Shown here: positions 41,386-55,959 of the stretch, piece by piece | How the letters are laid out: every line of letters begins with the position of its first letter | How positions within the stretch are numbered: the first letter of the stretch is position 1 | Assembly (NCBI GenBank): GCA_951406725.2 | Contig: OX597814.1 | Coordinates: 50,220,001-50,284,000, forward strand | Direction: 5' to 3' | DNA from: Octopus vulgaris | Taxonomy: Eukaryota | Length of the DNA: 64,000 nt | Notes under the pieces: model-generated | Database searches by the model: none | What the model was told of the DNA's origin: nothing | Seen by the model: the letters and a program-made list of their open reading frames with translations, nothing else | Made by a program: the position numbers and the translations under genes

Positions 41386-44300
41386 CCTAAAAATATAACA
41401 CATAGTATCGTAGCATCCAAGCGTAGTAGGAAGGTAGATCGTACTCTTGCTTTATAGTTATAGTTTTCAATTTCGAATTCACTGCCGAATTTTTAGTGAC
41501 GCCAAACCTAACGATAAACATAAATATTTCATTTCTAATGAAGGTAATAGTCCGGAAAATTATTGTCGTATTAATTAATAGCTCACACCAGACATCAAAT
41601 AACTTAGAAATAGTCAAGATAAAATTCTCATTAACTACTTATCACATTACCGTATTGAAAAGTCATTGAAATATTATGGCTATAACTTAGCCTGATGTAA
41701 GTAACTTTATTAAAAAGTGTCGATTTAAAAGAGACTTTCCATCGAAGCACTTTGATTACATAAATTTTATTGAATATAAATCAATATTGATATGCTTAAT
41801 TATATAAGTTTTATCGAAATTTGATGAGTATTGATATTTCTAGGGAGGTTTAATTAGAAAATGTATTATTGAAACGCTTCTGTCATCATCGATTTTATCA
41901 ATATGTAATACATGAGATGGGTGATTGTAAGACGTGAGCCGAAAAGTAGAATATCAAACGATCACATTATTTCATAACAACTTTGAAAGAACGTGTTTTT
42001 GTTTCTAATTTCTTACTTGTTTACAACTGCTTATATACATACTATTCTAATAAAATTCTCGTTTCTGTTTCAACCGGTTTGTATTTCTAATACAAATTAC
42101 ATCTACAATCATTACGTCTAATATGTTGCTCTGTGCAAAGTTTTATGATCTGAACGACTTCTCATTCTTTTCTCCACTTCAGTGCATTCCAGCCAGACTA
42201 TTATCTTTTATGGTGTAATGTGGAGATCAAGAGATTTGAACTCTCCTCAGCTCTTTCATTCCCCCTGAGTCTAATGTCTCTCGTGTGGCACAACATTAAA
42301 GTGCTATACATGTTTTGCAATATATTTCCATTTCTTCGGACATCAAGTCGTGTTCACTAAATATTGATCTCACATTCTCTTTCATCTCTTATCTACACAC
42401 CAGACATAGCTATATTATTGGTACATCTCCCAATAGACTGTAGCTGAAACCAACGAAATTTACCATTATGCTACAAACTAGAGATATATAGTAAGTCACA
42501 GATGTTTCTCTATATCTTTACCCTGATTTTCTGTTGGCATGTTTGAAAATCTCAAATACCAAACCCTGTTGGGCTGTTTATAATAAAATTTATCAATTGT
42601 AAATATAGCTCTTTGTTTTCTTTAACATAATTGTATTAGATCAAAGTCTATAATGAAAAATGATAACTTGAAGAGATAACCACAACTCATTGAAAAATAT
42701 TTTCTTGTTAAAAAGCAACCGATAAAGAAAAACGCTACAGAAAGTTTTGGTGTTAGTAACTATTAAAGTAGTAAGGCTCTTCAACAATTTTTTTAAAAAT
42801 CACAATTAGTATAATAAATTAGTATAATAAATTATATGTATCACGCATAAAGTATGATATATTGTATAACGATAAATCTGTATCGTAATTATATCATGAT
42901 ATGTTGGTTAGTGAATTCGATCGATATTATAAAAGGTCATCACTTCAATCGTAATATCTGTTTTTCCCTTATATCAAATGCTTAGTTTGTAAAAACAGGT
43001 TGAGTTCAAGATCGATCACCAAAAAGAAAATAAAGTTAAGTTGTTAACTTTAAGTAATTTCAATTACCTAGGGATTGTCTTTCGAAATTTTTCAATAAAT
43101 ATCATAGCAATTCACTCAAGTAGTTAAATAATTCTCAGTGCTGCAGAGACATGAAACTTATGTCATTTACAATAAATGATTCATCACTGAACTATTCGGT
43201 GACTAAATGAATAATGTAAAAAAAGTAACTGTCATGATTATAGAAATTGTATGTAATTTTGGTGTAAGGCCAACAGTTTTAGGGGTAAGGGTTATTCGAT
43301 TACAATACCTCCCAGTATTTGGCTGGAGTTTATTTTACTGACCCCCAAAAGACAAAATGCAAAGTTAGTGGGTGGATTTAAACAAGAAGAAATGCTGCTA
43401 AGCATTTTGTACGACGCGCTAACGAGTCTGCCAGCTCAAGCATAAAATATGTAGTAATGCTTATCTCCAGCTAAAATCTAAATATTACTAATAAACTGAA
43501 GTCGTAAACTGAATTAGTTTGTTTAATTCCATATGTATATATTTGGGAATTCTTCCTCCATATTTAATTCGTATACTATAAAGATATACAACTTATAAAT
43601 ATTTCTATAGTAACAATACTTTAAATTTTAAAGAATGTTTATTTTGAAGAGTTTATTGAATTTGCTGACTACAGATCTATGATACAGCAACCTTAAATGG
43701 TCTTATCGGTCTGAGTTAAAGACAGAAAACAATTTGAATGATTTTGTGCAAAAAATAACTAATCTAATTTTCTGATCAAGCAGCGGAGATCAAATACTAG
43801 ACTAAATTTGGTCCTTTCCTATAAATAAATATATTCTTAAATAGAATTTCTTAATCTCGGACATGAATATTTTTGCAAAACGAATGTATGATCCAATTAT
43901 CCGTTTGAATAACCTTCATATTTTACTGTAAAACCTCGAGGATTTCGAAAAATGATTGCAGCATCATGCAGCAACATACAACATAGAACAAATACTAAAG
44001 AAACACATTTCGAGCAGCTGTTCGATGAAACAATGACGAACAGACTGTTCCGAATGCGTGTCTGACAGTAAGAGTCCCTCCATAAGTCAAACTGGTTGTA
44101 TATAAAACGGTGGTGCACCTTACTCTTACCTATTACCGTAAAACATGGAAACTATACAGGAGACACAGAACGTAGTTCGATATCTACTTAAAAAGACTAC
44201 AATAGATGTGAAGGAGCAAATAGAAAGACTGAGTGAAAAGGATTAGACCCTGCTGCAAATAAAGAAAGCCTGCATCGAATAGATGGTAATCAAAGTACAA

Positions 44301-44739
44301 CTGAAATAGGTGAAGCAACTGACATGCATGCGCCACGCCTGATTTACTAAGGTAATCATTTATTCCGAGTTTCATACACGTGAGCGATGATACGGAGATC
44401 AAAAAAGGAGACACACGGTTAAACGGTAAGAGATAAAATTCAAATTGGAAACTAGCGAAAGACTGCGCTGTCTGTACAATACATATAAGCGCACTGGCTA
44501 CAAGTGACAAATTGCCGAAGTTCGGGGTATGCTGCTGAAAACCAGCAAGAACTACCAACCGCCTTGACTACCATCTATGCGTCCCACGCATGTGGGAGAA
44601 CAAGGATACCGAATCAGTTTACACGAGTATAAACGGGCTTGCTATCGAATGACAGTACCCAAAGGATCAATGCCAGAAATGATGGTCGGTTAAGAAATAT
44701 GTTTAGGAATGTATCTGTATATATATATACGTGTGCGTG

Positions 44740-44821
<82 letters not shown>

Positions 44822-45457
44822 TATATTGTGTGTGAGTGTGTATGTATAGATATGTGTGTGGGGGTGTAGCGACAAAGTGAAGAAGAGGATGAGAGACAAA
44901 AAGATAGAGATAGGAGGAGAGGCATAATAATGACATAGGTAACAAGAGACGGACATACATAAAGAAATGAAGTTATGCAAACGCACCCGCCTTTACAATT
45001 CAACAGTTCGCTGAAAAGAACAAGAAACTGAATTAAAGAGTGTGAAGACAAATGAAGAAAAAAAAAATAAAGAAAGAGCAGCGTTGATGTACGAGCGTTT
45101 AGTTTCCAATGCTCTTTTAGAGTTAGATGTGTCTTGAAATGCTCTTATTAAAAGTGTTCCCAATGTTATTTTTTCTTGTTCTTTTTTAACGTTTTTTTTT
45201 TCTTCTCTTCACTTGTTGCATATTTTCAAGAGCTTTTCCCCTAATTTATCCATCTATCGTTTTTCATTTTCATTTTCCAGCTTTCCCCCCTCTCCATTTC
45301 AGCTACCTTGGCTATCTTATTATTTATAAGCACACAAGAGGCTTGAACTTTGAGCATTATGTGCTTTATAGACTGAAGATGGCTGCTGCACATTTGCTTC
45401 ATTTATAACAGAGCAATGTACCATCTTGGGAGAGAGAGACTTACTACATGCGAAATC

Positions 45458-45519
<62 letters not shown>

Positions 45520-45555
45520 CATACATGTAAATATGCTTGTATACATACACCTGCT

Positions 45556-45588
<33 letters not shown>

Positions 45589-45632
45589 TTGTATATATGC
45601 ATGCACAAATATATCCATACATATATATATAC

Positions 45633-45674
<42 letters not shown>

Positions 45675-45682
45675 GTATATTC

Positions 45683-45791
<109 letters not shown>

Positions 45792-46027
45792 CATACGTTT
45801 ATGTATGTGTCTATGTATGATTGTATGTATGCATATATGTTTGGTCTTTTTGTCCTTAATCTTAGAATTTTGCATTAACTTTTTGACTCATAGATTTTTA
45901 CGATTCACCAAAGTAATACTGTTGCAGAAAATAGATGTTTATGCTTTTAGGATTTTTGCCAGTTTTTACTATTTCTATGCTTTTTTATTATTATTACCAT
46001 ATATTATTATTATTATTGTCGTCGTTG

Positions 46028-46079
<52 letters not shown>

Positions 46080-46259
46080 TATTATTATTATTATTATTAC
46101 TTTTGTTGTTGATGTTATCCTGCTGAGTGCCAAGTTGGTCTGTAGAAAAGATGGTCGTTAATAACAGAAGCAAAACACCAAGTAAATTCCCTAACTTCAC
46201 AAATATACAGATACAACTCAATGCTCACGCACACACAAATGTACACACATGCACAAAAT

Positions 46260-46293
<34 letters not shown>

Positions 46294-46677
46294 ACATATA
46301 CATACACACACAGAGTCATCCATAGATTCAATCATGTACAGGGACACTTATAAACGAGAAAACAGGATATCGTATATTGAAACAGAAGCATATGGACATT
46401 AAAAAGAAAAAAAGGAAAAAGAAATGAAAATGATAAAGAATCACATATTCACAACTAGCCTTACATGCTTACACAATCTCTCTGAAATACAAAAATGCTC
46501 ATCCATACACGAAGAGACATACTCAGAGGTAATTGTAGACACAGAAATACGCAATCACCGCCGACACATAAAACATTGTTACGCCCTGACTTACATCGAC
46601 TCAGGCTCACAGATGAACATATGAAAGCAGGGGCACATACACACATGTATGCATATGTATGCATGCGTGCGTGTGTG

Positions 46678-46725
<48 letters not shown>

Positions 46726-47046
46726 CACATGTTTATATGTATATATGTATATATGTATAGGTGTATATATATATATACGCATATATGTTTATATGTATAC
46801 ATGTATATATATATGTATGTATATATCTATATATATATCATATGTATACATACATACATGCATACAGACGTATATATATATAGTTATGGGCATACAAATA
46901 CGCATACACACTGGCACATATGCATATAAATACATAGATACATATGTACATTCATACATACATACATATATACATACATATATACATACATACATATATA
47001 CATACATACATACATGCATACATACATACATACATACATACATACA

Positions 47047-47078
<32 letters not shown>

Positions 47079-47756
47079 CACATACATATATATACATAAA
47101 TGCATACATATATTGTGACTGTCGGTTCGCTATCGAATGTGACAGTCGTTTACCCTCTCCTCTTTACTTATTAGATCAGTTCCTCCCCATTATGGCTCTT
47201 ATGGTGAAGAAAACGTATGCCAGTATGGCATCGCTTCATATTCACCGACTGGAGTTGAGTTGAGGATACTAAGGCACAGGTTAGTGTATATCACAACTGC
47301 TCCTACTTACACTACACCTCCCGTGTAGTCCCCATGAGCCAGGATCCCATAAGCCACAACATTGCGAAGGTAGTAGTAATTCACTGTCGCAAACCTACCA
47401 GATATTCCGACTACCGCCGAAGAAAGGTAGATCTGTTGTTGTCTGTTGATTCAAGAGGTTCGAGTAATTCCTAGTACTGCAAAAATTTGGATACAAAAAT
47501 TACCAACATATCAAATGTTCTAGTAACAAACGTTAGTGCGATGTATGTACTGCTTCTAATTGTTTGAAGATATTAAACAAGCAGCAGGTAAAAAAAGAAT
47601 TTAAGAAAAAAAAAGAACAGAGAAAGAACGATACCCAAAAGAAAGTAATATGACAGGTTTCATGTAAGCGCGTCCTTTTCCTGTGTGGATATACAAACAT
47701 ACATACATATATGTTTATGCATACGTACATGTGTGTTCATATATATGTGTGAATTG

Positions 47757-48119
47757 CAACGGCCCAGTGGTTAGGGCAGCGGACTCGCGGTCGTGGGATC
47801 GCAGTTTCGATTCCCAGACCTGGTGTGGTGAGTGTTTATTGAGTGGAAACACCTAACAGCTCCGGCAGGGGATGGTGGCGAACCCTGCTGTACTGTTTCA
47901 TCACAACTTTCTCTCACTCTTTCTTCCTGTTTCTGTTGTACCTGTATTTCAAAGGGCCAGCCTTGCCACACTCTGTGTCACTCTGAATCTCCCCGAGAAT
48001 TACGATAAGGGTACACGTGTCTATGGAGTACTCAGCCACTTGCACGTTAATTTCACGAGCAGGCTGTTCCGCTGATTGGCTCAACTGGAACCCTTGTGGT
48101 TGTAACCGATGGAGTGCCA
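47757..48119 (+). mobile_element. tRNA-derived SINE, third family
   Basis: Head ggcccagtggttagg (A box) and gtttcgattccc (B box) with tRNA-like spacing, followed by a ~300-nt body. Confidence 0.75.
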
Positions 48120-48158
<39 letters not shown>

Positions 48159-48466
48159 ACAAGGAAAGATGAGAGAAGTAGTTACTAGGGTAGCCAAATG
48201 TCACATAAGCACTTTAAGATGTTACTAAGAAAACATACATGGGTAATAATTCCAAAGAGAAGTGAGACGTGTTTTGGAGAACTTAAGAGAAATGGAATAA
48301 TATTATTAATAATAATCACACCTTAAATAATAATATTAATAGAAATATTACATGTAATTGTAATCCGAACAGAACATGTTTTCCTTCTCTTCCTCTCGCG
48401 TCTTATGAAGTCTAATTTCTGAACGGTATTTTTATAATTACTAGCGTTCTCTATCCACCTTTTGTT

Positions 48467-49200
48467 TTGCTAGAACTTCTCAGTCTGGGCCCTAAATTTA
48501 TCTTGAGCCAACAGCCAAATGAAAAAATCTTAATCGACCTGGAAGCCAACTTTTGTCGAATAGCCTGCCAACTCAAATGGCTATCGATGATAAAGAAGAA
48601 GAACACACTCGGCAAATTTCCCACGTACCAACTAGACCACCCACTCCACTCACTCTCAACCAACCAAGAACTTAACCACAAACTATCCAGATTGAAACAG
48701 TCTATCTCCAACATCTTAAGGAAGGAATCGAAAATAAGTTCAAATTTAACCAAGGCGCAACAAAACATTGACTAAAAAGCAAAAACCTTGTATAATTACC
48801 ATCAGTTAAAGGAAAAGAAATCTGCATGATTTCTTGTGAAATATATAATAGACTGGCACTAGAACATTTAAGCAATGACAGGCTATATTCTGAAGTGATA
48901 GATATAACTGCGACCAGGATTGAGGACCGAATTAACACCGCATGGACGGACATCTGTAGACGGAGACAGATACATAATAAATTCAAGAACAACTTCATCA
49001 TAAAGAACAGAAGATTACTCAGATTTTATCACCTCATTAAAACACACAAGAATAGCAACACGATCCAGATTAGACCCATCGTCTCCAGCGTGGAAGGGCT
49101 TCTATATAAAATATCCTGGTTACTTTCTCACATCCTGAAACCCACACTCTCCACCTTTCCTGGACACGTCAAGAACTCCGACGAAGTGGTTTAGCAACCT
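48467..49200 (+). pseudogene. Penelope-like element RT N-terminal relic
   Basis: ELLSLGPKF; RFYHLIKTHK...IRPIVSSVEGLLYKISWLLSHILKP...HVKNS (PLE RT motifs 1-2); split by a stop/frameshift and truncated. Confidence 0.9.
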
Positions 49201-49845
49201 TCCTAATGCTAAATTGCCTAGTGTGCAGAGTCCGCAAACATCGTACCTACTGATCAACGGTCGACCCTGACTTTCTTTACACTTGCTCAGCACCCCACCA
49301 CTACCGATGACACGAATGATTGAAACCTTGTAGTTCCTCACAACAAATATCTATTTTTAGTTTTATTCAAGTATGGAGTGACCAATTCACTTCTGGTTTT
49401 ATATGGTTTTGTATCAAGATGAACATTTTCAAGAAAGGGCTAAAACACGTTAGTTCAATTGATCGTCTTTTGAATATGTTGTTTCGGTATACGTTGCGCC
49501 GGTTAAGTGAAAGAGTTCTTCTTGGGGATTACATATGTGTGGTGTAGTTTTGTGAGGTTGTATACATGGGTGTCATTCGATTCAGCTATGCATGGAAAAG
49601 CCTTCAAGGTGTTTGCTCTCTGGCGGCCAGGTAATCACGACAGAGGCTGAGCAAATTGGCACGAAACTGAATCGGTCTAGCGATGCTGTCGTCTGCTGAA
49701 GGATGCTATGCGTTCGCTCCCCTCCTGGCAATACATATGTTACAGGGTACAGGCTGCACTTATAACCAACTGGTGGAAGATCTGCTTGGGGTTGAACTAC
49801 TAGTAACATTGAACAGCGATATTGATATGGCAATTAACTTTCCTC

Positions 49846-49960
<115 letters not shown>

Positions 49961-51332
49961 CATGTATGTATTTATGTATGTATATATGTATGTATGTGTA
50001 TATATATATATATATATATACACATACATACATATATACATATTGTTCTATTTCTGGATGGTCATTTTATTTAGTTATTTATTTATCTATGTATTTTGCC
50101 GAATTGATAAACATATATATATATATAAAGGATATGTTATAATACTATTCCACAGCCATACCAACCAACAATCCAACACACCTCCATCATCAGCTGCCCC
50201 ACGGATATCATTATAGTTTCGACACCTGGGCAGTACCATTCAATCTGGTGGTGTCAACAGCACTAAACTAAGTGTTGTTTGAGAACAAACAAACCAAAGA
50301 GACCACAACTTTCAAACACATTTACCCAATGTACAGTCATATCGATAAATCCATAAGTAAATTACAACCCCTCCTAAATACGTAACTAAACAGCGACAAC
50401 TCTATTAAGTCAGAAAAAATTATAATCCCTACCGATTTCCGTAGTATAATATAAAAGTAAAGCTTAATAGACGCATTATTTCAATGAATCAATATATAGG
50501 CAGGATTAAATACTAACCTTACTAAAACTACAACAAGAGACATTTAAACCAATGTACATTGTATCGGTATTAATAGTAAGCTGCAATAACTAAGTTATAT
50601 GCTAAATTGCGATCCATCTTTAAGTTCATATAAATAATAATCCCACCGGTCTTCCATAGATACTACTGTAATGAAAGTTCAAACTTTATAAAATTTTTTC
50701 CAAAACAAAAATTAATTTAATATTTTTATGAGTGAAATACATTATTTCATCATTTAAAAGTTAATAATAAAGCACTACATACTCATTAGTATATCACCAC
50801 TACAAGTTATAATATCAAATTACCAGTAACTAATATGCACTTAAATTTCATTAAATAGGAACGTACTTGTAATAAACTAATATTATAAACCTTGCTACGT
50901 TTAAAGCTAATTAAACTGTTTAAAAGACAATAAAACAGTTTAAAAGACAATTAAAAGACAACAAAACTACAAGTATTAACACGTTTTATCAGGCACGCAG
51001 TTCCCTCACCAAGAATTTAAAGAGCAACAAAATATTGATGACGTAGTGCGTAATTATCACTTTCTCAATTGTCTCAATACTGGTGACGTAGTAAACAAAT
51101 AAAAGAAGGAATTTTACTATTGAACCATGGCAGGATAGGGCATGAGTGTACGTAAACAACATAAAAAGAAGGAAAGTCACCAACAAAAGCTTATAACAAT
51201 TTATATATATATATGAATTAAAACTGAAATTCGTGAGTCAACTCTCAGCTTCTGTTTTAATTAAAAATAAAAATAAATATTTTTCGACATGTATTGAGCA
51301 GTAATTTTTCCCATTCATTCGACATTAAATGA

Positions 51333-51392
<60 letters not shown>

Positions 51393-51399
<7 letters not shown>

Positions 51400-51740
51400 A
51401 ATATTAGGGAATAAATCCAAATTTACAGGGAAAAATCAGATTTAGGATTAAATCCAATTTTATAGTAAAATATTATATAATATAATTCGAGACAAAACCA
51501 CTATTTTGCAAAACAAACAAGGAAAGACTTAATCAATACATAAAAATTTTTAATATAAAGAAATAAACCGCCACTACAATCGTTTCATGTCTTCAATGAC
51601 ATTCGTCAGGTGGATTTTCGATCTCCTAATCTGTTTTAATTTATGAAGTAGTGGCGGTTTATTTCTTTATATTAAAAATTTTTATGTATTGATTAAGTCT
51701 TTCCTTGTTTGTTTTGCAAAATAGTGGTTTTGTCTCGAAT

Positions 51741-51751
<11 letters not shown>
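51393..51751 (-). mobile_element. (TA)n-flanked non-autonomous PLE/retrozyme-like cassette with perfect 104-bp inverted repeat
   Basis: Arms 51474-51577 and 51648-51751 are exact reverse complements; the 70-nt spacer holds the hammerhead core. Confidence 0.85.
51571..51613 (-). ncRNA. Type I minimal hammerhead ribozyme, canonical core
   Basis: CCAC-CUGACGA-AUGUC auugaa GACAU-GAA-AC gauu GU-A-GUGG; all core positions present, GUA site between 51575 and 51574. Confidence 0.9.
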
Positions 51752-51792
<41 letters not shown>

Positions 51793-52261
51793 TATATCAT
51801 TCAACCACGGTACAGGTTGAATATATTCTTAAGTCTACCATTTCGTCAATCGCAGCAGCTTCCAAGCTTCACCACTAATTCAGTTCTCAACTAAATTGCA
51901 AACTGTTAATTGTTTTAAAGGAGGTCACCTCCTCAGCTATACTTTGGCATAAATAGTTTGAGATTTGGTTCAGTTGAAAAAAAGTTACATCAAAATATCT
52001 ACGACCTCAAGGGGTCAGTAAGGCAGATATTCATCTTCATTTTAAATAATTTCTTTTTTAATTTCAAATTTCTTAAGCTTAAATGATAGAAAAATGCATA
52101 AGAAATTCAAAATCTCTCGTCGCATTCAACAGAAACTAGCAGAAAAAGAGTTATGAGGTAACATGTTACGAAATTTCGTCTCTGCAAGTAAGGAAGTAGG
52201 GGAGTAACGCTTCAGCAATAAGAATATAGAATATATTTCTAAAATGAATACTTACATTCTC

Positions 52262-52715
52262 AGGCGACGAGCTGGCAGAAACGCTAGCGCGCTGGTAGAA
52301 GAGATAGCATGCCAGGCCAAATGCATATCGATATTTCTTCTGTCTTTACGATTTGTAGTTCAAATTTCCAAGAGGTCGACTTTGACGTACATATTATTTC
52401 ATTTTTTTAACTAAACACTTTCAAACTTCCGATACTGGTAGAATATGTCACATAGAACAGGGTTTACTCTTAACGTTTTTGACAAAATTTCGTATTTTAG
52501 AAGCGGTATTTCCTCTGTCTTTATGTTCTGAGTTCAAATTCCGCCGAGGTCGACATTGCTTTTCATCCATTTTGGAGCTATTCAGTTAGACACACAGATT
52601 ATTTAATTAATTTTTTTTAAACTAAACACTTTAAAACTTCCGATACTGGTAGAATGTGTCACGTAGAACAGGGTTTACTCTTAGCGTTTTTGACAAAATT
52701 TTGTATTTTAGAAGT
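52262..52715 (+). repeat. SINE fragment fused to a second segment, tandemly duplicated
   Basis: tatttc.tctgtcttta...gaggtcgac plus actaaacacttt.aaacttccgatactggtagaat...gtattttagaag at about 52332-52503 and 52507-52713. Confidence 0.8.
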
Positions 52716-53554
52716 TATTCCGTCAAAAGTTACAGAGTGACAACGGATCAAATTCGTGTTTGATAAGTGCCAATAGACGAAACTCAGCTTTTGACTTACT
52801 CTCTAACTTCTGCCGATGATATATATATACATATTACATATATGTGTAAAAAAATCTCATCACTCAATCGAACCAATGAAAGAGCCTCTACCTGGTCGCT
52901 CGACACGCTAAAAATAGCAGCCAAAGTATCCCCCTATCTAAATCACATGCCTATTGTATGTAATGTCCTAGATTATCCCTAAAACGACGGTTTGCTGAAG
53001 GCTGGAATGTCTTTGATGATACATTTGCAGTATCAGGGTTTATTTGCGGATAAGTAACAACATTATGGTCAAATTTTATGTGAACACCTGTACAAGTTTC
53101 ACTAAGAAAAAAGAGAATTTGTTTGATTTTTTTGCGTGGAATCAACTACCCTGACCTCCTAATATGCTGGAAATCCCTTATTTTGGTTTGGAAAAAATGA
53201 TGGGGGGGGCACCAATCCCGGAATCATTGAAATTTTTTTTTCGTTGAATGAATTCTTGTGACCTGTGATTGCAAAATTAGGTTACTTAAGGTGAGCCTGG
53301 TAACTGATGGTTTTGTAACTTTTGGTGAGGTATGGTGCAACCAACAACATGTTAAAAATTCCTGCCATTAATTTGGGATGGATGGGTAGTATCAAATAAT
53401 TCAATCACTTTGAATATCATCACTTTGCAATACCATCGCTTACATGGAAAAATTGAAACATTATCTTTCAGTAGTTTATAAGGTAAAGCCTTAAATTATT
53501 AATTGACACATTATTAATTATCTTATAACAGCAATGCCTGGAAAAATCATGGAT

Positions 53555-54052
53555 TACATGGAAAAATGCGAGCGTGAAAAGTCATATTCTTAAGATTATA
53601 ACAATGGAAAAGTACAGGACAATTTATAACACCTGTAAAAGTATAGGACAAGCTATTCTAGTAAATTAAATACAAGAAACTTTTTACTTTAAATATTGGA
53701 GCAAAGAATGCCAGTTCTTCTAATTTATCACTCTTTACAGCTCTTTTAAATTTATTGTATAAAACTGTTCAGCTAATTTGTTTATTTAGTCATTTTTTTC
53801 TTTATTTAAGATAGTAAATTAGCCAAATTCTACTTAAATAAGTATAGTGTTATTTGTAAACTATAATAAAATAAGTTTTAATATTCAAATTTTAATTTTA
53901 GCTGCAATATTTTAAGTAAAAAGCTTCTTATTCTTTATTTACTAGAAGTAATAGCTTGCCCTATACTTTTACAGGTGTAATAACTTGTCCTGTACTTTTC
54001 CATGATTATAATCTTAAGAATATGACTTTTTATGATCGCATATTTACATGTG
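53555..54052. mobile_element. MITE with ~110-bp TIRs
   Basis: aaaagtcatattcttaagattataa...aaaagtacaggacaa...acacctgtaaaagtatagg versus the reverse complement at 53938-54052. Confidence 0.85.
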
Positions 54053-54172
54053 TATATATATATATATACACACACGCACACTACTTTGATACTTTTTCAT
54101 AACCTTTCCCATGAATATATTAATTTTTTTTTACTCCCAACTGGAAGAAGTTATTTTTCTATATGTAAACAC

Positions 54173-54224
<52 letters not shown>

Positions 54225-55959
54225 GGGGAGAGAGGTAAGAGAGAAAGAGAGAGAGAGATGACTATTATACGTTCCTGACCATCAGAATGGATACAATGCG
54301 CATCGTGTCAAGTTTGATCATCAGAAATATAAACTTCGAATAACCACATTTGAACGGCCAGCTGTATTAAACGTGAACAACTCTTGCCTGCCTACGTACA
54401 CTATAAACACAGAGATACACATAGATGGCGTATGAGTGTACAATATAAAAAGAAGGAAAGTCACCAACAAAGGCTTATAACAATACATTCACTGTTGAGG
54501 TTGTTTTATTTTTGCCAATTTTGTTACTATTATTGTCATTACTATTGTCGTTGCTACCGAGTCAAGATAGCCCTGGGATATTATTTGATATTGTCATACA
54601 GTTCAGTGGGTGTAGAGATGCGTGGTTTAGCATCCCTAGAGGTAACTTTTCCTAGTTCATGTTATTTTGTACCCCATTGCTCTGTGATCAAATGCATTCC
54701 AGCTGCGACCATTCCATCTTATTTTGAGAAATATTTTATCTAATATTTTATCGGAATACATATATACATACAAACATACATACAAGTATACATGCATACA
54801 TATGTACATGTATGTGTGTGTTGGCATGTATATATACATATCCATATATATACACATGTATATACATATATGTATATATGCATATATACAAACATATATA
54901 TACACACACACACATATGTATATATATACATATGAATATAAATGTATGTATATAATTGTGTGTGTGTGAGAGAGAGAGAGTATGTGCATGTGTGTATGTA
55001 GCAGATTATTTGTATCTAATCATAACAGTGCATAGACACGTTGCAGCTAGATACTACTTCAGTAAGGTAACACAAGAACCAATGAATTCACACATTAAAG
55101 CTGCCCCTCTATCCTTATATCCCCTTTGAAAGAGAAGGGCGTCACAGAGATATATAATCGATTGATTACTAGAATTTCCTTGATCGGACATAAGGTTCCA
55201 CAAGAGAAGTGAAAGATGGATAACCATTATCACACTAAAGATTAAAATTCTGAAAGGAGATCAAAGACGAATTCGATGAGACATACTTTCTATCGCTTAT
55301 TTGCTATGATCCTACTTTGAAGGATCAACATTTATGCTAATATTTATCTCTTTCATATGATAAATCATTGGCATTTATTGATAAAATCCCCAGGTATAGG
55401 TTTAGTATTTGTTCCTATGAGAGGAAGCACTTTACAAGATGGATGTTACATGATACACATTATAATTTGTGGTTTTATTTCATCAAAATCAGTTAGATGA
55501 GATGGTTTACCTCTCTCACTTGCAATGTTTTCTTCAATATTTGACTCAAAAACTTTTCAGTCAGAAATATGACATAGGTTAATGCAAAGACGCCGATGTT
55601 TTTGTTAGGGAGAGATATATTACTGGCATTTAAAGATTATAAGGCAATGGGATTTGAATTCAGATCCAAGAGGACTGAAGCTAAATACTTTTAATTTAGT
55701 GGTATATCGTTACCTGATTCTTCTCCATAAATTTCATACCATTCCCAATAGCTTTGCAAGCTTGAGAGAAGAAAAGAAAAACACGTCGCGGTTTCAGACA
55801 CTATTTCACCAAAATATTAACAGTACGCTGTATACAATATTCTAGTTAACCTGAACCTGTGTTTATGAAATCGCTCTCCAGTCACGTAAGTTTCTTCCAA
55901 AAATTCTCTATTCATCTGTTTTCTATAGTCAGTTGTAAAAATATCATTTCCTCAATTTG

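Noticed and set aside
47113-47540. Possible solo LTR starting tgtgactgtc, sharing gctatcgaatg with about 44641
   Set aside because: No definable 3' CA end, TSD or primer-binding site.
47757-47820. tRNA gene
   Set aside because: A/B boxes are present but there is no acceptor stem or terminator, and it continues into a SINE body.
54258-54330. Minus-strand CTGATGA...GGAAC...GTC
   Set aside because: GAAA is mutated and no stem I pairing is evident; too weak alone.
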